Shown in pieces: positions 44,627-53,283 of a stretch of 64,000 nucleotides of DNA (position 1 is its first letter; each line of letters starts with the position of its first letter). The stretch is taken from assembly GCA_964408435.1 (NCBI GenBank), contig CAYOZL010000004.1, positions 1,839 through 65,838 of the forward strand, given 5' to 3'. The notes beneath the pieces are model-generated. The model ran no database searches and was not told the origin of the DNA. It saw only the letters and a list, made by a program, of their open reading frames with translations. The translations under genes were made by a program, and so were the position numbers. Source of the stretch: an uncultured Bdellovibrionales bacterium. GTDB lineage: Bacteria > Bdellovibrionota_C > UBA2361 > SZUA-149 > CAYOZL01.

Positions 44627-44636
44627 AAGGAATATT

Positions 44637-45500
44637 ATGAGTTCTGAGACTATTAAGTTAGGTCTTCCAAAAGGAAGAATGAATAAAGGTGTTCTAGACC
44701 TATTAGACACTGCTGGAATTAAAGTAAGAGTAAGCTCTAGAGCTTACAGACCTAGTATTTCTTTACCAGCTTACGACACTAAGATCCTAAAGCCTCAAGA
44801 CATCGTAGAAATGTTAAACATTGGTTCTAGAGACTTAGGCTTTGCAGGGGCAGATTGGGTAGATGAGCTTAAAGCGGATATCGTAGAGATAGTAGATACA
44901 AAGATGGATCCTGTAAGACTAGTAGCAGCGGCTCCGAAGGATTTACTAGAAAACGGCAAGCTTCCTAAAAAGCACATAGTAGTAGCTTCTGAGTATCAAA
45001 GAATTACAAAAGATTGGATTGAAAAAACTAAACTAGATGCAAGCTTTGTTAGATGCTACGGAGCTACAGAAGTTTTTCCACCAGAAGACGCAGATTGCAT
45101 CATCGATAATACTTCTACTGGTAGCACTCTAAGAGCTAACGGATTAGAAATTACAGATGAAATTATGACTTCTTCAACTAGGCTTTATGCTAGCAAACAA
45201 GCAATGGCAAACCCTGTTAAGAAAAAAGAGATTGAAAGATTTGCTCTTTTAGTTCGCTCAGTAATTGATGCTAGGTCTCGTGTAATGGTCCTAGTAAATG
45301 TTGAGAGCGAAGACTTAGAAAAAGTTGTGAGCTTACTACCTGCGATGAGACAACCAACGGTTAATCAATTACACTCAGGTGCTGGTTACGTAGTAAAAGC
45401 AGCAATTCCTAGAGAAGATTTACCTGAAATTATTCCTGCAATTAAAAAAGCTGGCGGGACTGATATTGTTGTAAATAAAATCTGCCAACTAATTGCTTAA
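44637..45500 (+). CDS. hisG: ATP phosphoribosyltransferase, long form with C-terminal regulatory domain
   Basis: I place the start at ATG 44637 (MSSETIKLGLPKGRM, RBS aagg 7 nt upstream) rather than the listed 44550, which would overlap hisB. GADWV and DNTSTGSTLRANGL are conserved, and at 287 aa it is the long form. Confidence 0.85.
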   Translation: MSSETIKLGLPKGRMNKGVLDLLDTAGIKVRVSSRAYRPSISLPAYDTKILKPQDIVEMLNIGSRDLGFAGADWVDELKADIVEIVDTKMDPVRLVAAAPKDLLENGKLPKKHIVVASEYQRITKDWIEKTKLDASFVRCYGATEVFPPEDADCIIDNTSTGSTLRANGLEITDEIMTSSTRLYASKQAMANPVKKKEIERFALLVRSVIDARSRVMVLVNVESEDLEKVVSLLPAMRQPTVNQLHSGAGYVVKAAIPREDLPEIIPAIKKAGGTDIVVNKICQLIA

Positions 45501-45529
45501 GTAGTGTCGTATCGATAGAGGTTATGTAG

Positions 45530-46123
45530 TTGAAAAAAGTAACAATTATAAAAACTGGAGTAGCAAATTTAGCCTCCGTAGTCGCAGGACTTAAAAGAGC
45601 AGAAGTCGAAATTGATATAAGCTCAGAACCTGAAAAAATTAGAAAAGCTACTCACGTATTACTACCAGGAGTTGGACATTTTAAAGCAGGCGTTAATGCT
45701 TTAAGAGAAGCTGGCCTAGATGAAGCGCTTAAAGAAAGATTTGAACAACAACTTCCAACTATGGCAATTTGCCTTGGTTTACAAATGCTTTTTGAATCAA
45801 GCGAGGAGGCACTAAACACAAAAGGACTTGGCTTAATTCAAGGAAAAGTAGAAAAGTTTACTGGAGATATTCGTATTCCACAACTTGGCTGGAATCATGT
45901 AGAACCTAAAGGGGAACATAAATTCATTAAACCAGGTCATGCCTACTTTGCAAATTCATTTAAACTTACGAATGTGCCCGATGACTGGCAATGTGCAAAA
46001 ACAAATTATGGTGGTGATTTCATAGCTGCTATAGAAAAAGGAAATTTGCTAGCTGCTCAATTCCACCCAGAACTAAGTGGAAAATGGGGATTAGATTTAA
46101 TTAAGAGGTGGGTAACATGCTAA
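45530..46123 (+). CDS. hisH: imidazole glycerol phosphate synthase, glutamine amidotransferase subunit
   Basis: TTG start. LPGVGHF, catalytic Cys in ICLGLQML, and QFHPELS. Confidence 0.9.
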   Translation: MKKVTIIKTGVANLASVVAGLKRAEVEIDISSEPEKIRKATHVLLPGVGHFKAGVNALREAGLDEALKERFEQQLPTMAICLGLQMLFESSEEALNTKGLGLIQGKVEKFTGDIRIPQLGWNHVEPKGEHKFIKPGHAYFANSFKLTNVPDDWQCAKTNYGGDFIAAIEKGNLLAAQFHPELSGKWGLDLIKRWVTC

Positions 46124-46875
46124 CAGTAAGAATCATACCCTGCCTTGATGTTAGAGATGGAAGAGTAGTAAAAGGTATTAAATTCCAAAATTTACGTGAT
46201 GCTGGAGATCCTGTTGAACTAGCTGCTAAATACGAAGAACAAGGCGCTGATGAATTGGTTTTTCTAGATGTATCCGCCACAGACGAAGGTAGAAAAACAC
46301 ACGTAAAAACAATTAGTGCAATTAGAGAAGTTCTTTCAATTCCTATGACTACTGGTGGCGGTGTAAGAGAAGTAAAAGACGCTGCTAGATTGCTAGAGGC
46401 TGGTGCAGATAAAGTTTCTGTAAACACAGCAGCGGTTGAAAATCCTGAGTTACTAGAAGAACTTGCTATTAACTTTGGGCAACAATGCACAATAATAGCA
46501 ATAGATGCTGCCCTTAAAGAAGATCTAAGCGGCTGGGAAGTAGTTACAAAAGCTGGGAAAAATAGAACTGGCATAGATGTAATTGATTGGGCAAAGCAAG
46601 CATGTGATTTAGGCGCTGGAGAAATACTGCTTACAAGCTGGGATAAAGACGGAACAAGAAGCGGATATGACTGCCCTTTGCTAACTGCAATCTCTAAAGC
46701 AGTTAAAGTTCCAATTATTGCTTCTGGAGGAGCAAACTCACCAGAGCATTTCACTGAAGCACTAAGAGCCGGTGCAGATGCATTACTAGCAGCTTCGATA
46801 TTCCATGATGGGGATTATACAGTTGGAGATATTAAGAAGTATCTGAAGAAATACGGTGTTAGTATCCGGCTGTAG
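46117..46875 (+). CDS. hisF: imidazole glycerol phosphate synthase, cyclase subunit
   Basis: MLTVRIIPCLDV from ATG 46117 (RBS aagagg), preferred over the listed GTG at 46108. DELVFLDV, GGGVR, ADKVSVNTAA and IIASGG are conserved. Confidence 0.9.
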   Translation: MLTVRIIPCLDVRDGRVVKGIKFQNLRDAGDPVELAAKYEEQGADELVFLDVSATDEGRKTHVKTISAIREVLSIPMTTGGGVREVKDAARLLEAGADKVSVNTAAVENPELLEELAINFGQQCTIIAIDAALKEDLSGWEVVTKAGKNRTGIDVIDWAKQACDLGAGEILLTSWDKDGTRSGYDCPLLTAISKAVKVPIIASGGANSPEHFTEALRAGADALLAASIFHDGDYTVGDIKKYLKKYGVSIRL

Positions 46876-46990
46876 AGAGCACAGAGGAAGATCTCTCACA
46901 GAGCTCGCTGAGAGCACAGAGATTCACAGAGGGATATTTTAAATTTATTTTCTTCTCTGCGTATCTCTGCGTCTCTGTGAGAGATCTTGT
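46876..46990. repeat. ~115-bp imperfect palindromic, relatively GC-rich element between hisF and hisA
   Basis: Perfect 16-bp IR aagatctctcacagag (46888-46903) / ctctgtgagagatctt (46973-46988). Internal repeats are gagcacagag x2 on the left and ctctgcgt x2 on the right. A half-site-like copy, agatctcgcacaga, lies at ~50680-50693. Confidence 0.7.
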
Positions 46991-47021
46991 TTTTCTCCCT
47001 TACTGAAGTTATAAAACCCCC

Positions 47022-48182
47022 ATGATCATACCATCCATAGACATTCAAAATGGCAATGCTGTTCAACTAGTTGGCGGAAAAGAAAAGAAGATAGATGCCG
47101 GCTGTCCTTTAAAAAAGCTTGAAGAGTTCAAACTTGCAGGTGAAGTTGCTGTAATCGACCTAGACGCTGCAATGAGTAAAGGTAGCAACAAAGAAATTAT
47201 CAAAAAAATGTGTCAGATTGCCCCATGTCGAGTTGGTGGAGGAATTAGAGATTTAGATACTGCCATTGAATGGCTAGATGCCGGAGCCGCAAAAATTATA
47301 ATTGGAACAAAAGCAGAACCTGAACTTTTATCTCAGCTTCCTAAAGAAAGGTTAATAGCTGCACTCGATGCAGAAAATGGTGAAATAGTCGTTGAAGGTT
47401 GGCAGCAAAAAACTGGTCTTAAAGTGCTAGATAGAATTAACGAGCTTAAAGAATATGTAGGTGGCTTTTTAGTAACCTTTGTTGAGCTTGAAGGTAGAAT
47501 GCAAGGTACGAACCTAGAAGCAGTAGCTGAGCTAAAAAAAGCCGCTGATGATTGTGAGTTAACAATTGCAGGTGGAATTACTAAAAAAGAGGAAATTGCA
47601 GAGCTAGATAAACTTGATTGTGATTCACAAGTTGGAATGGCGATTTATTCCGGTAACCTCAAACTTTCAGATTGCATTGATTGCGTCATCCCTTTTAAAA
47701 TTTTCCCTAGTATTATTTTAAATAAAAACTACTCTCCATTAGAGTTTAAATATTTAAAAGATTTGGAAGAAATCGTTAACACTAAGAAACTAGACAAAGT
47801 CAGTGTTAAGAGGATACTTCCGAACAAACAAAGAACTTGTTTTTATATTGTTACAAATAGCAGTGAATCTATTAGGGAACTTACGAATCCAATTGATTCT
47901 CTAGAAAAAACTTTAACTTCTAGAAAAAAAAATTCTGTTAAAGGGTCTTATACTAATAGGCTTTTTAATGATTCTGATTTACTTTCTTCAAAGTTACTAG
48001 AAGAAGCTAATGAACTAATCGAATCTAAAGATAGCAATGAAGCCTCTTTTGAAATGGCAGATGTTATATATTTTGGTATGACAGCACTTATTGGAAAAGA
48101 TGGAAGTCTTGATAAAGTTAAAAATGAGCTTAAAAAGAGAAGTTTAAAATTAAGCAGAAGAACTGGTAACAAAAAAACTTAA
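47022..48182 (+). CDS. hisA: fusion protein: ProFAR isomerase (HisA-like) / degenerate middle segment / phosphoribosyl-ATP pyrophosphatase (HisE)
   Basis: N-terminal MIIPSIDIQNGNAVQLVGG...VIDLDAA...GGGIR...GGITKKEEI is a HisA (beta-alpha)8 barrel. C-terminal SYTNRLFND...LLEEANELIES...EMADVIYFGM is HisE. About 70 aa between them retain only traces of HisI. Confidence 0.7.
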   Translation: MIIPSIDIQNGNAVQLVGGKEKKIDAGCPLKKLEEFKLAGEVAVIDLDAAMSKGSNKEIIKKMCQIAPCRVGGGIRDLDTAIEWLDAGAAKIIIGTKAEPELLSQLPKERLIAALDAENGEIVVEGWQQKTGLKVLDRINELKEYVGGFLVTFVELEGRMQGTNLEAVAELKKAADDCELTIAGGITKKEEIAELDKLDCDSQVGMAIYSGNLKLSDCIDCVIPFKIFPSIILNKNYSPLEFKYLKDLEEIVNTKKLDKVSVKRILPNKQRTCFYIVTNSSESIRELTNPIDSLEKTLTSRKKNSVKGSYTNRLFNDSDLLSSKLLEEANELIESKDSNEASFEMADVIYFGMTALIGKDGSLDKVKNELKKRSLKLSRRTGNKKT

Positions 48183-48272
48183 TTACATAAGTATTCGCAC
48201 GAAATTGGGTATAACTTTGAAAGTCAGAAGATTACAAGGTTAAACCCGAAGTTGGAGCTACCTGCTGTCTCA

Positions 48273-49067
48273 CTAACAGAAAAGAAAAACACTATTCAAT
48301 TTGGATTCTTCAAATAACAACTCAGAAGGATTTTCCTCAGGCTCTGGCTCAGGAAGAATTTCTTCAAGTTGCTCATCATCTTCTGGTTCATTTTTTTTTG
48401 TCTCAAGAAGAATTTTATTCCAGAATTTCTTTCCATCTACTGGCTTGGCCTCTTGGCTTAAAAAAATCTGGTTATAAGAGAGCATCATTCTGAGGTAGCC
48501 TTCTATAGTTTCAAGACCAACGCGCTCATCTTCTGACAAAATGCCTTTTTTGAATTTATCTCTTAAACTTAAAGTTAAACTTTGAATGTCGACTTCACCT
48601 TTCTTGTAAACAAAAGCAATTTTTGCATCCCTATCATAATACAAGGAAAAAGCCTTAGAGACTTCAATTTTTGCTAGGTCTTTTTTACCTTCGAGCAACA
48701 GTGAATAGGCTTTGATTTCATACCCAATCGGATCTTTTTCATCGATCTTGATTAACTCATCAGCAACTTCAGCAATCGATTTTCCATCCAAAGACATCAA
48801 TGAAAGCAACATTTCTCTATAAACAGCGTCCTGTTCTTTTTTCTTCCCACTAAAAAAATTTCTTTGAATACACGAACGAAAAAGACGCTGAGCTAATTTC
48901 TCAAGATTAACTTTAAGTTGCTCATGTTCAGTTAACTCATATTGCTCCTCCTGAGGAACATGGGTTATTGTTGAAGTTTCGTTTGAGTCATTTTGTAATG
49001 CAAAAAGTTGCGTAGAAAACAAAAATGAAACAAAGAAAAACGACACAAGAAGTCTAGAAAACGACAT
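48273..49067 (-). CDS. hypothetical secreted protein with acidic C-terminus
   Basis: The likely start is the internal Met at 49067 (MSFSRLLVSFFFVSFLFSTQLFA signal peptide). No motif was recognised. Confidence 0.4.
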   Translation of the reverse strand: MSFSRLLVSFFFVSFLFSTQLFALQNDSNETSTITHVPQEEQYELTEHEQLKVNLEKLAQRLFRSCIQRNFFSGKKKEQDAVYREMLLSLMSLDGKSIAEVADELIKIDEKDPIGYEIKAYSLLLEGKKDLAKIEVSKAFSLYYDRDAKIAFVYKKGEVDIQSLTLSLRDKFKKGILSEDERVGLETIEGYLRMMLSYNQIFLSQEAKPVDGKKFWNKILLETKKNEPEDDEQLEEILPEPEPEENPSELLFEESKLNSVFLFC

Positions 49068-49280
49068 AACAGCACTCCATTCAGAACTTTGAGGCAAACC
49101 TATGAAAAAACATTTTCCCATTTCGTGCCTCTATCTTTCAAAACTATTTTCCGAATTAAAATTTCGTATTTATCGAAATGAGAAATAAAGGCAGAGAGAC
49201 ATCTTCACATATTCTAGTTTAATAATTATTATAATAACTCACACCAAAAAGCTACCATGTTAGTGTTTAAAAAATAGCTA

Positions 49281-49694
49281 CTACTTTAAGGTCTGAATAT
49301 ATTTTTCAATCTCGTCTCTAACCCTTCTAAAGCAATTAAGAGTATCCTCTTCACTTGCAATATCATTAACCAGAGCAGGTGGATCGTCAAAAGGGGCATG
49401 TATAACTTTAACGCCCTCTTTATCAAAACTAGGGCAAGAACTCGCAGCATTATCGCAAACCGTAACTACCGTATCTAAATCAAGATCCTTATATTTATTA
49501 ATATGATCAGAACTATGAGTAGAAATATCGATACCAACCTCTTTCATCACTTTTTGTGCATACTGATTAATACCATGCGGAGAAGTTCCAGCGGAAAAAG
49601 CTTCATGAGTTTCTGAAAGCAGATTTTTTGCAAAGCCTTCTGCCATTTGACTTCTACATGAATTACCTGTGCATAAGAATAATATTTTTTTCAT
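49281..49694 (-). CDS. arsC: arsenate reductase, LMW-PTPase (thioredoxin-coupled) family
   Basis: MKKILFLCTGNSCRSQMAEGF carries the CX5R P-loop. Downstream Cys residues (VTVCDNAASSCP) match the Trx-coupled ArsC pattern. I place the start at 49694. Confidence 0.85.
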   Translation of the reverse strand: MKKILFLCTGNSCRSQMAEGFAKNLLSETHEAFSAGTSPHGINQYAQKVMKEVGIDISTHSSDHINKYKDLDLDTVVTVCDNAASSCPSFDKEGVKVIHAPFDDPPALVNDIASEEDTLNCFRRVRDEIEKYIQTLK

Positions 49695-49747
49695 TCGTCT
49701 AACTTTAGCTATTTGCAAGAATTTAACAAGAAATATAGTATAAAACG

Positions 49748-50677
49748 ATGAATAAACAAAAATTTTCCGACCTAAAAATTACAGCTGATGGCGATACAAG
49801 AGCCTCAGTAGCATTAAAATCACTAGATACTCTATGGTTAAATACTGGGACAATTTGCAACCTAACTTGTGCTAATTGCTACATAGAATCATCTCCTACT
49901 AATGACGCATTAGTATATTTAAATCATCAGGAAGTTATAACCCTATTAGACGAGATAAAAGAAAAAGAAATCCCAACTAAAGAAATTGGTATTACAGGTG
50001 GAGAACCTTTTATTAATCCAGATATAATTAAGATTATTACTGAGTGCCTCACTCGTGGTTTTGATTTGCTAGTTTTAACAAACGCAATGAAACCGATGAT
50101 GAAAAAAGAAAAAGAGCTCTTAGCACTAAAGGAAAAATATCCTGATAAGCTAACCCTAAGAGTCTCAGTTGATCATTTCAAACCAGAGATGCACGAAGAA
50201 GAAAGAGGCGAGAAAACTTGGGAGCCAATGCTAAAAGGTCTTAAGTGGCTATCAGATAATCAGTTCAACATTAACATCGGTGCTAGAACTAGATGGGGTG
50301 AAAGACAAGAAGATTTAAGAAATGGCTACGCAGAACTTTTTAAAGAAAATAACATCAAGCTTGATGCTTATGACAAAAGAGAATTATTACTTTTTCCTGA
50401 AATGGACGATAAAGAAGAAGTTCCTGAAATTACAACTAAGTGCTGGGATTTAGTTGGTTCAAAACCAGAGGAAATGATGTGCTCATCATCTAGAATGGTA
50501 GTTAAGCGTAAAGGCGATGAAAAACCATCTGTTATGGCTTGTACATTACTTGCTTATGACCAGCAGTTTAATCTAGGCGACACGCTTGAAGAGGCTTCAC
50601 AGGATGTATACTTGAATCATCCCCATTGCTCTAAGTTTTGTGTCTTAGGTGGTGGTAGTTGTAGTATTAATGAATAA
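49748..50677 (+). CDS. arsS: radical SAM / Cys-rich-domain protein, arsenosugar biosynthesis ArsS family
   Basis: CNLTCANCY is a CxxxCxxC cluster motif. The C-terminal Cys-rich tail is HPHCSKFCVLGGGSCS. The context includes arsM and arsC. It corresponds to the rSAM/selenodomain family as I recall TIGRFAMs/NCBI naming. Confidence 0.7.
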   Translation: MNKQKFSDLKITADGDTRASVALKSLDTLWLNTGTICNLTCANCYIESSPTNDALVYLNHQEVITLLDEIKEKEIPTKEIGITGGEPFINPDIIKIITECLTRGFDLLVLTNAMKPMMKKEKELLALKEKYPDKLTLRVSVDHFKPEMHEEERGEKTWEPMLKGLKWLSDNQFNINIGARTRWGERQEDLRNGYAELFKENNIKLDAYDKRELLLFPEMDDKEEVPEITTKCWDLVGSKPEEMMCSSSRMVVKRKGDEKPSVMACTLLAYDQQFNLGDTLEEASQDVYLNHPHCSKFCVLGGGSCSINE

Positions 50678-50716
50678 AGATCTCGCACAGAATTCTCTAT
50701 TTCCCAATACTCCTTC

Positions 50717-51328
50717 TTAAACTTTCTTCAATAACAACTTACACATCTGCACTTGTCTTAAACAAGTTAACTTTAACCAACCTTCTTTTTTATATTTTCT
50801 AGCACTAGTAAAAAGTTTTGAAGAAATTCTATTAAGCTTTATGCCTTTACTTTTTGCTATTCTGACAAACAACATATCTTCACCAAAAGAAGCATCTTCT
50901 GGAAAATTTCCTATTTTTTGAAATGTTTTTTTAGAAACAAAAAGCCCTTGGTCTCCATACGGCAAGCCAAAAATAAAGCTTCTAATATTTGCAAAAAAAG
51001 CATTAAACCTTGTTAATCCAGGTTCAGTATAAGCTAAATCAAAATAACTTAGAGTCTTATCTTCTTCTTCATTACTGTCTTTATTATTCTTTATAAGATT
51101 TTCTAACTTAGAAAAATTCTCAGTTCTTAGATCCGTATCCGCATGTAAAAACCATAGATAATCTCTACTAGCTTTATTAGCTCCTATATTTAAGCTAACT
51201 GCTCTAGAGCCTTCAATAGAAACAATAATTTCAGCCTCTAGTTTTTCTTTTTCAAAATCTTCTAGTATTTTTTTAAGCGCAGGCTCACCCTTTATTGCAG
51301 GGATAATTATACTTACTTCCTTAAGCAC
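50717..51328 (-). CDS. family-2 glycosyltransferase-like protein (rSAM/selenodomain-associated transferase type)
   Basis: N-terminal VSIIIPAIKGEP, plus LWFLHADT and GDQGLF blocks typical of small GT2-like transferases. Its start overlaps the upstream MTAP-like gene by 8 nt. Confidence 0.55.
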   Translation of the reverse strand: MLKEVSIIIPAIKGEPALKKILEDFEKEKLEAEIIVSIEGSRAVSLNIGANKASRDYLWFLHADTDLRTENFSKLENLIKNNKDSNEEEDKTLSYFDLAYTEPGLTRFNAFFANIRSFIFGLPYGDQGLFVSKKTFQKIGNFPEDASFGEDMLFVRIAKSKGIKLNRISSKLFTSARKYKKEGWLKLTCLRQVQMCKLLLKKV

Positions 51329-52169
51329 GAAGAACTTCTAACCACTGTTTTTGTTCTTCTGAAACATTTTTATCAGCAGTCATAATTGAGAATTTAAGTG
51401 AATTAGAAATGTCTTCTGGTGTTTCACTTAGCTTAGAGCTTGCTAATGCTAGGATTACTTTTTTAGCTTTTTCAACTGTTTGTGAATAAACTTCAAAAAA
51501 CTTCTCTACTGTTACATGCTGTGCAGGATCGTCCATCCAACAATCGTAATCTGTAGCTAAACAAAGTGTGCAATAAGCAAGTTGAGCTTCTCTTGCTAGA
51601 AAAACTTCTGGAATGTTTGTCATTCCAACCACATCACATTTCGCACTATCTTTTAGAAAAAAACTTTCAGCTCTAGTTCCAAGTCTTGGCCCTTCTACGC
51701 ATCCATATGTGGCATTAGTGTGTAATAGGATTTCAGATTTTTTTGCAGCATTAATAATATCTTTACTTAATTCAGGACATGCTGGGTTTGCTGTAGAAAC
51801 ATGCGCAGCAATACCTTTTCCAAAAAATGAATACTCTCTTTTACCTCTTGTATGATCAAAATACTGCTCTACTAAAGCCAGATCGCCTGGTTTAATTTCT
51901 TTTTTCAAACTTCCACAAGCTGAAACACTTAAAACCCTACTTGCTCCTAATTTCTTAAGTGCAAATATATTAGCTCTATAATTTACCTCATGTGGTAAAA
52001 GCTTATGTCCTTTTCCATGTCTGGAGAGAAATAGAATCTTCTCCCCTTCAAGCACACCTTCCATAATTTTATCAGAAGGCTGACCAAATGGAGTGTCTAG
52101 AACATGTTCTTTCTCAATCTTTAATTGCTGTAATGAGTAGAGGCCTGATCCACCAATAATCGCTAGCAC
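51321..52169 (-). CDS. S-methyl-5'-thioadenosine phosphorylase-like purine nucleoside phosphorylase
   Basis: IIGGSGLY, SRHGKGH, and GMTNIPEVFLAREAQLAYCTLCLATDYDCW match MTAP (PNP/UDP_1 family) blocks. Confidence 0.8.
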   Translation of the reverse strand: MLAIIGGSGLYSLQQLKIEKEHVLDTPFGQPSDKIMEGVLEGEKILFLSRHGKGHKLLPHEVNYRANIFALKKLGASRVLSVSACGSLKKEIKPGDLALVEQYFDHTRGKREYSFFGKGIAAHVSTANPACPELSKDIINAAKKSEILLHTNATYGCVEGPRLGTRAESFFLKDSAKCDVVGMTNIPEVFLAREAQLAYCTLCLATDYDCWMDDPAQHVTVEKFFEVYSQTVEKAKKVILALASSKLSETPEDISNSLKFSIMTADKNVSEEQKQWLEVLRA

Positions 52170-53225
52170 TTAGCAACAAGCCCCAGAATCCACACCAGAG
52201 TTATTAGCTGTTGGCTCACAATCAAAAGGACCATAGTGCACTGAAAAATCCCCTTGCAGCTTAAAGTGTTCCTTAAATCTTGTTTGAGCAATCATATTAT
52301 AAGTATTGCCACATACTGCTACTGGCATTCCAGTCTTGAATTCATGATGGTCATCTAAATGAAAAGCATGAGGATGCTCAGGGATAGTACCATTGTAATA
52401 AACAACATGCCCATAATTCTCACAAATGTCTTCTAGCTCAACTTTAAATGCTCTAACCGTCTTAGAGTAAAAATCAATCATCCCTGCTTTTTCTTGGATT
52501 TCTTTATCTTCAATCTCAAGTACTCTACTAGAAATCTCTCTGTAATCCGGAATTCCGATTGCGCTAAGCATTCTTCTAAAATCTTCAGTATACATAGCTC
52601 CTCCTAAACATTCTCCAAGAATAATTTTATCTTCTTGAATAGGTTTTGGAATTCTTCTTCCAGAAAAAACATCTGAGAAATATAGCTCTCCGCCAGGCTT
52701 TAAAACTCTATATATTTCACTAAAAACTTTTTCTTTATCAGGAGATAAATTGATTACGCAGTTAGATATAACAACATCAATACTATTATCTTCAATACCT
52801 GCTGTTTTTAAATCTTCGATATAACCTTTTACAAATTTAGTATTTGCTTTTTTATATCCAAATTTTTCTTTATGCCAATCTACATATTCATTAGCTACAG
52901 CTAACTGCTCATCAGTCATATCTAGACCAATTACTTGACCAGACTCACCTACAATCTGACTTAATAAATATGCATCCCTACCCGTTCCACAACCTAGGTC
53001 TAAAACTGTTGCTCCTTTTGCTGCAACCGGTAAAGGTGAACCACAACCATAGAATTTACTCTGAACAGTATCGTGAACATTTTTTAGTAAAGTTTGTACA
53101 TGCTCAGGAGGAGCATCAAGAGGGCAACACGCAGATGTTTTTAAATCCTCATTCGTCTCTAGTGTATGACCGTAATATTCTTTAACTTTTGCTATTGTAT
53201 TATCGGGAGAAGTATTTTCTTGCAT
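52170..53225 (-). CDS. arsM: arsenite S-adenosylmethionine methyltransferase
   Basis: KTSACCP Cys pair, YGCGSP, SAM motif I VLDLGCGTGRD, and further conserved Cys (SNCVINL). The stop abuts the start of the MTAP-like gene. Confidence 0.8.
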   Translation of the reverse strand: MQENTSPDNTIAKVKEYYGHTLETNEDLKTSACCPLDAPPEHVQTLLKNVHDTVQSKFYGCGSPLPVAAKGATVLDLGCGTGRDAYLLSQIVGESGQVIGLDMTDEQLAVANEYVDWHKEKFGYKKANTKFVKGYIEDLKTAGIEDNSIDVVISNCVINLSPDKEKVFSEIYRVLKPGGELYFSDVFSGRRIPKPIQEDKIILGECLGGAMYTEDFRRMLSAIGIPDYREISSRVLEIEDKEIQEKAGMIDFYSKTVRAFKVELEDICENYGHVVYYNGTIPEHPHAFHLDDHHEFKTGMPVAVCGNTYNMIAQTRFKEHFKLQGDFSVHYGPFDCEPTANNSGVDSGACC

Positions 53226-53283
53226 AATTGCCTATATTATTAATAACTTAGAATAAATATCCATAATTAATATCTTAATAAAT

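Noticed and set aside
44550-44636. The N-terminal 29-codon extension of the listed hisG ORF
   Set aside because: It would overlap the 3' end of hisB by 77 nt and encodes non-conserved sequence. ATG 44637 has an RBS and gives the canonical HisG N-terminus (KLGLPKGR).
46101-46754. 217-aa ORF antisense to hisF
   Set aside because: It lies entirely within and opposite a strongly supported hisF gene. Its product is low-complexity (S/A/P-rich) with no motif, a typical shadow ORF of a relatively GC-rich gene.
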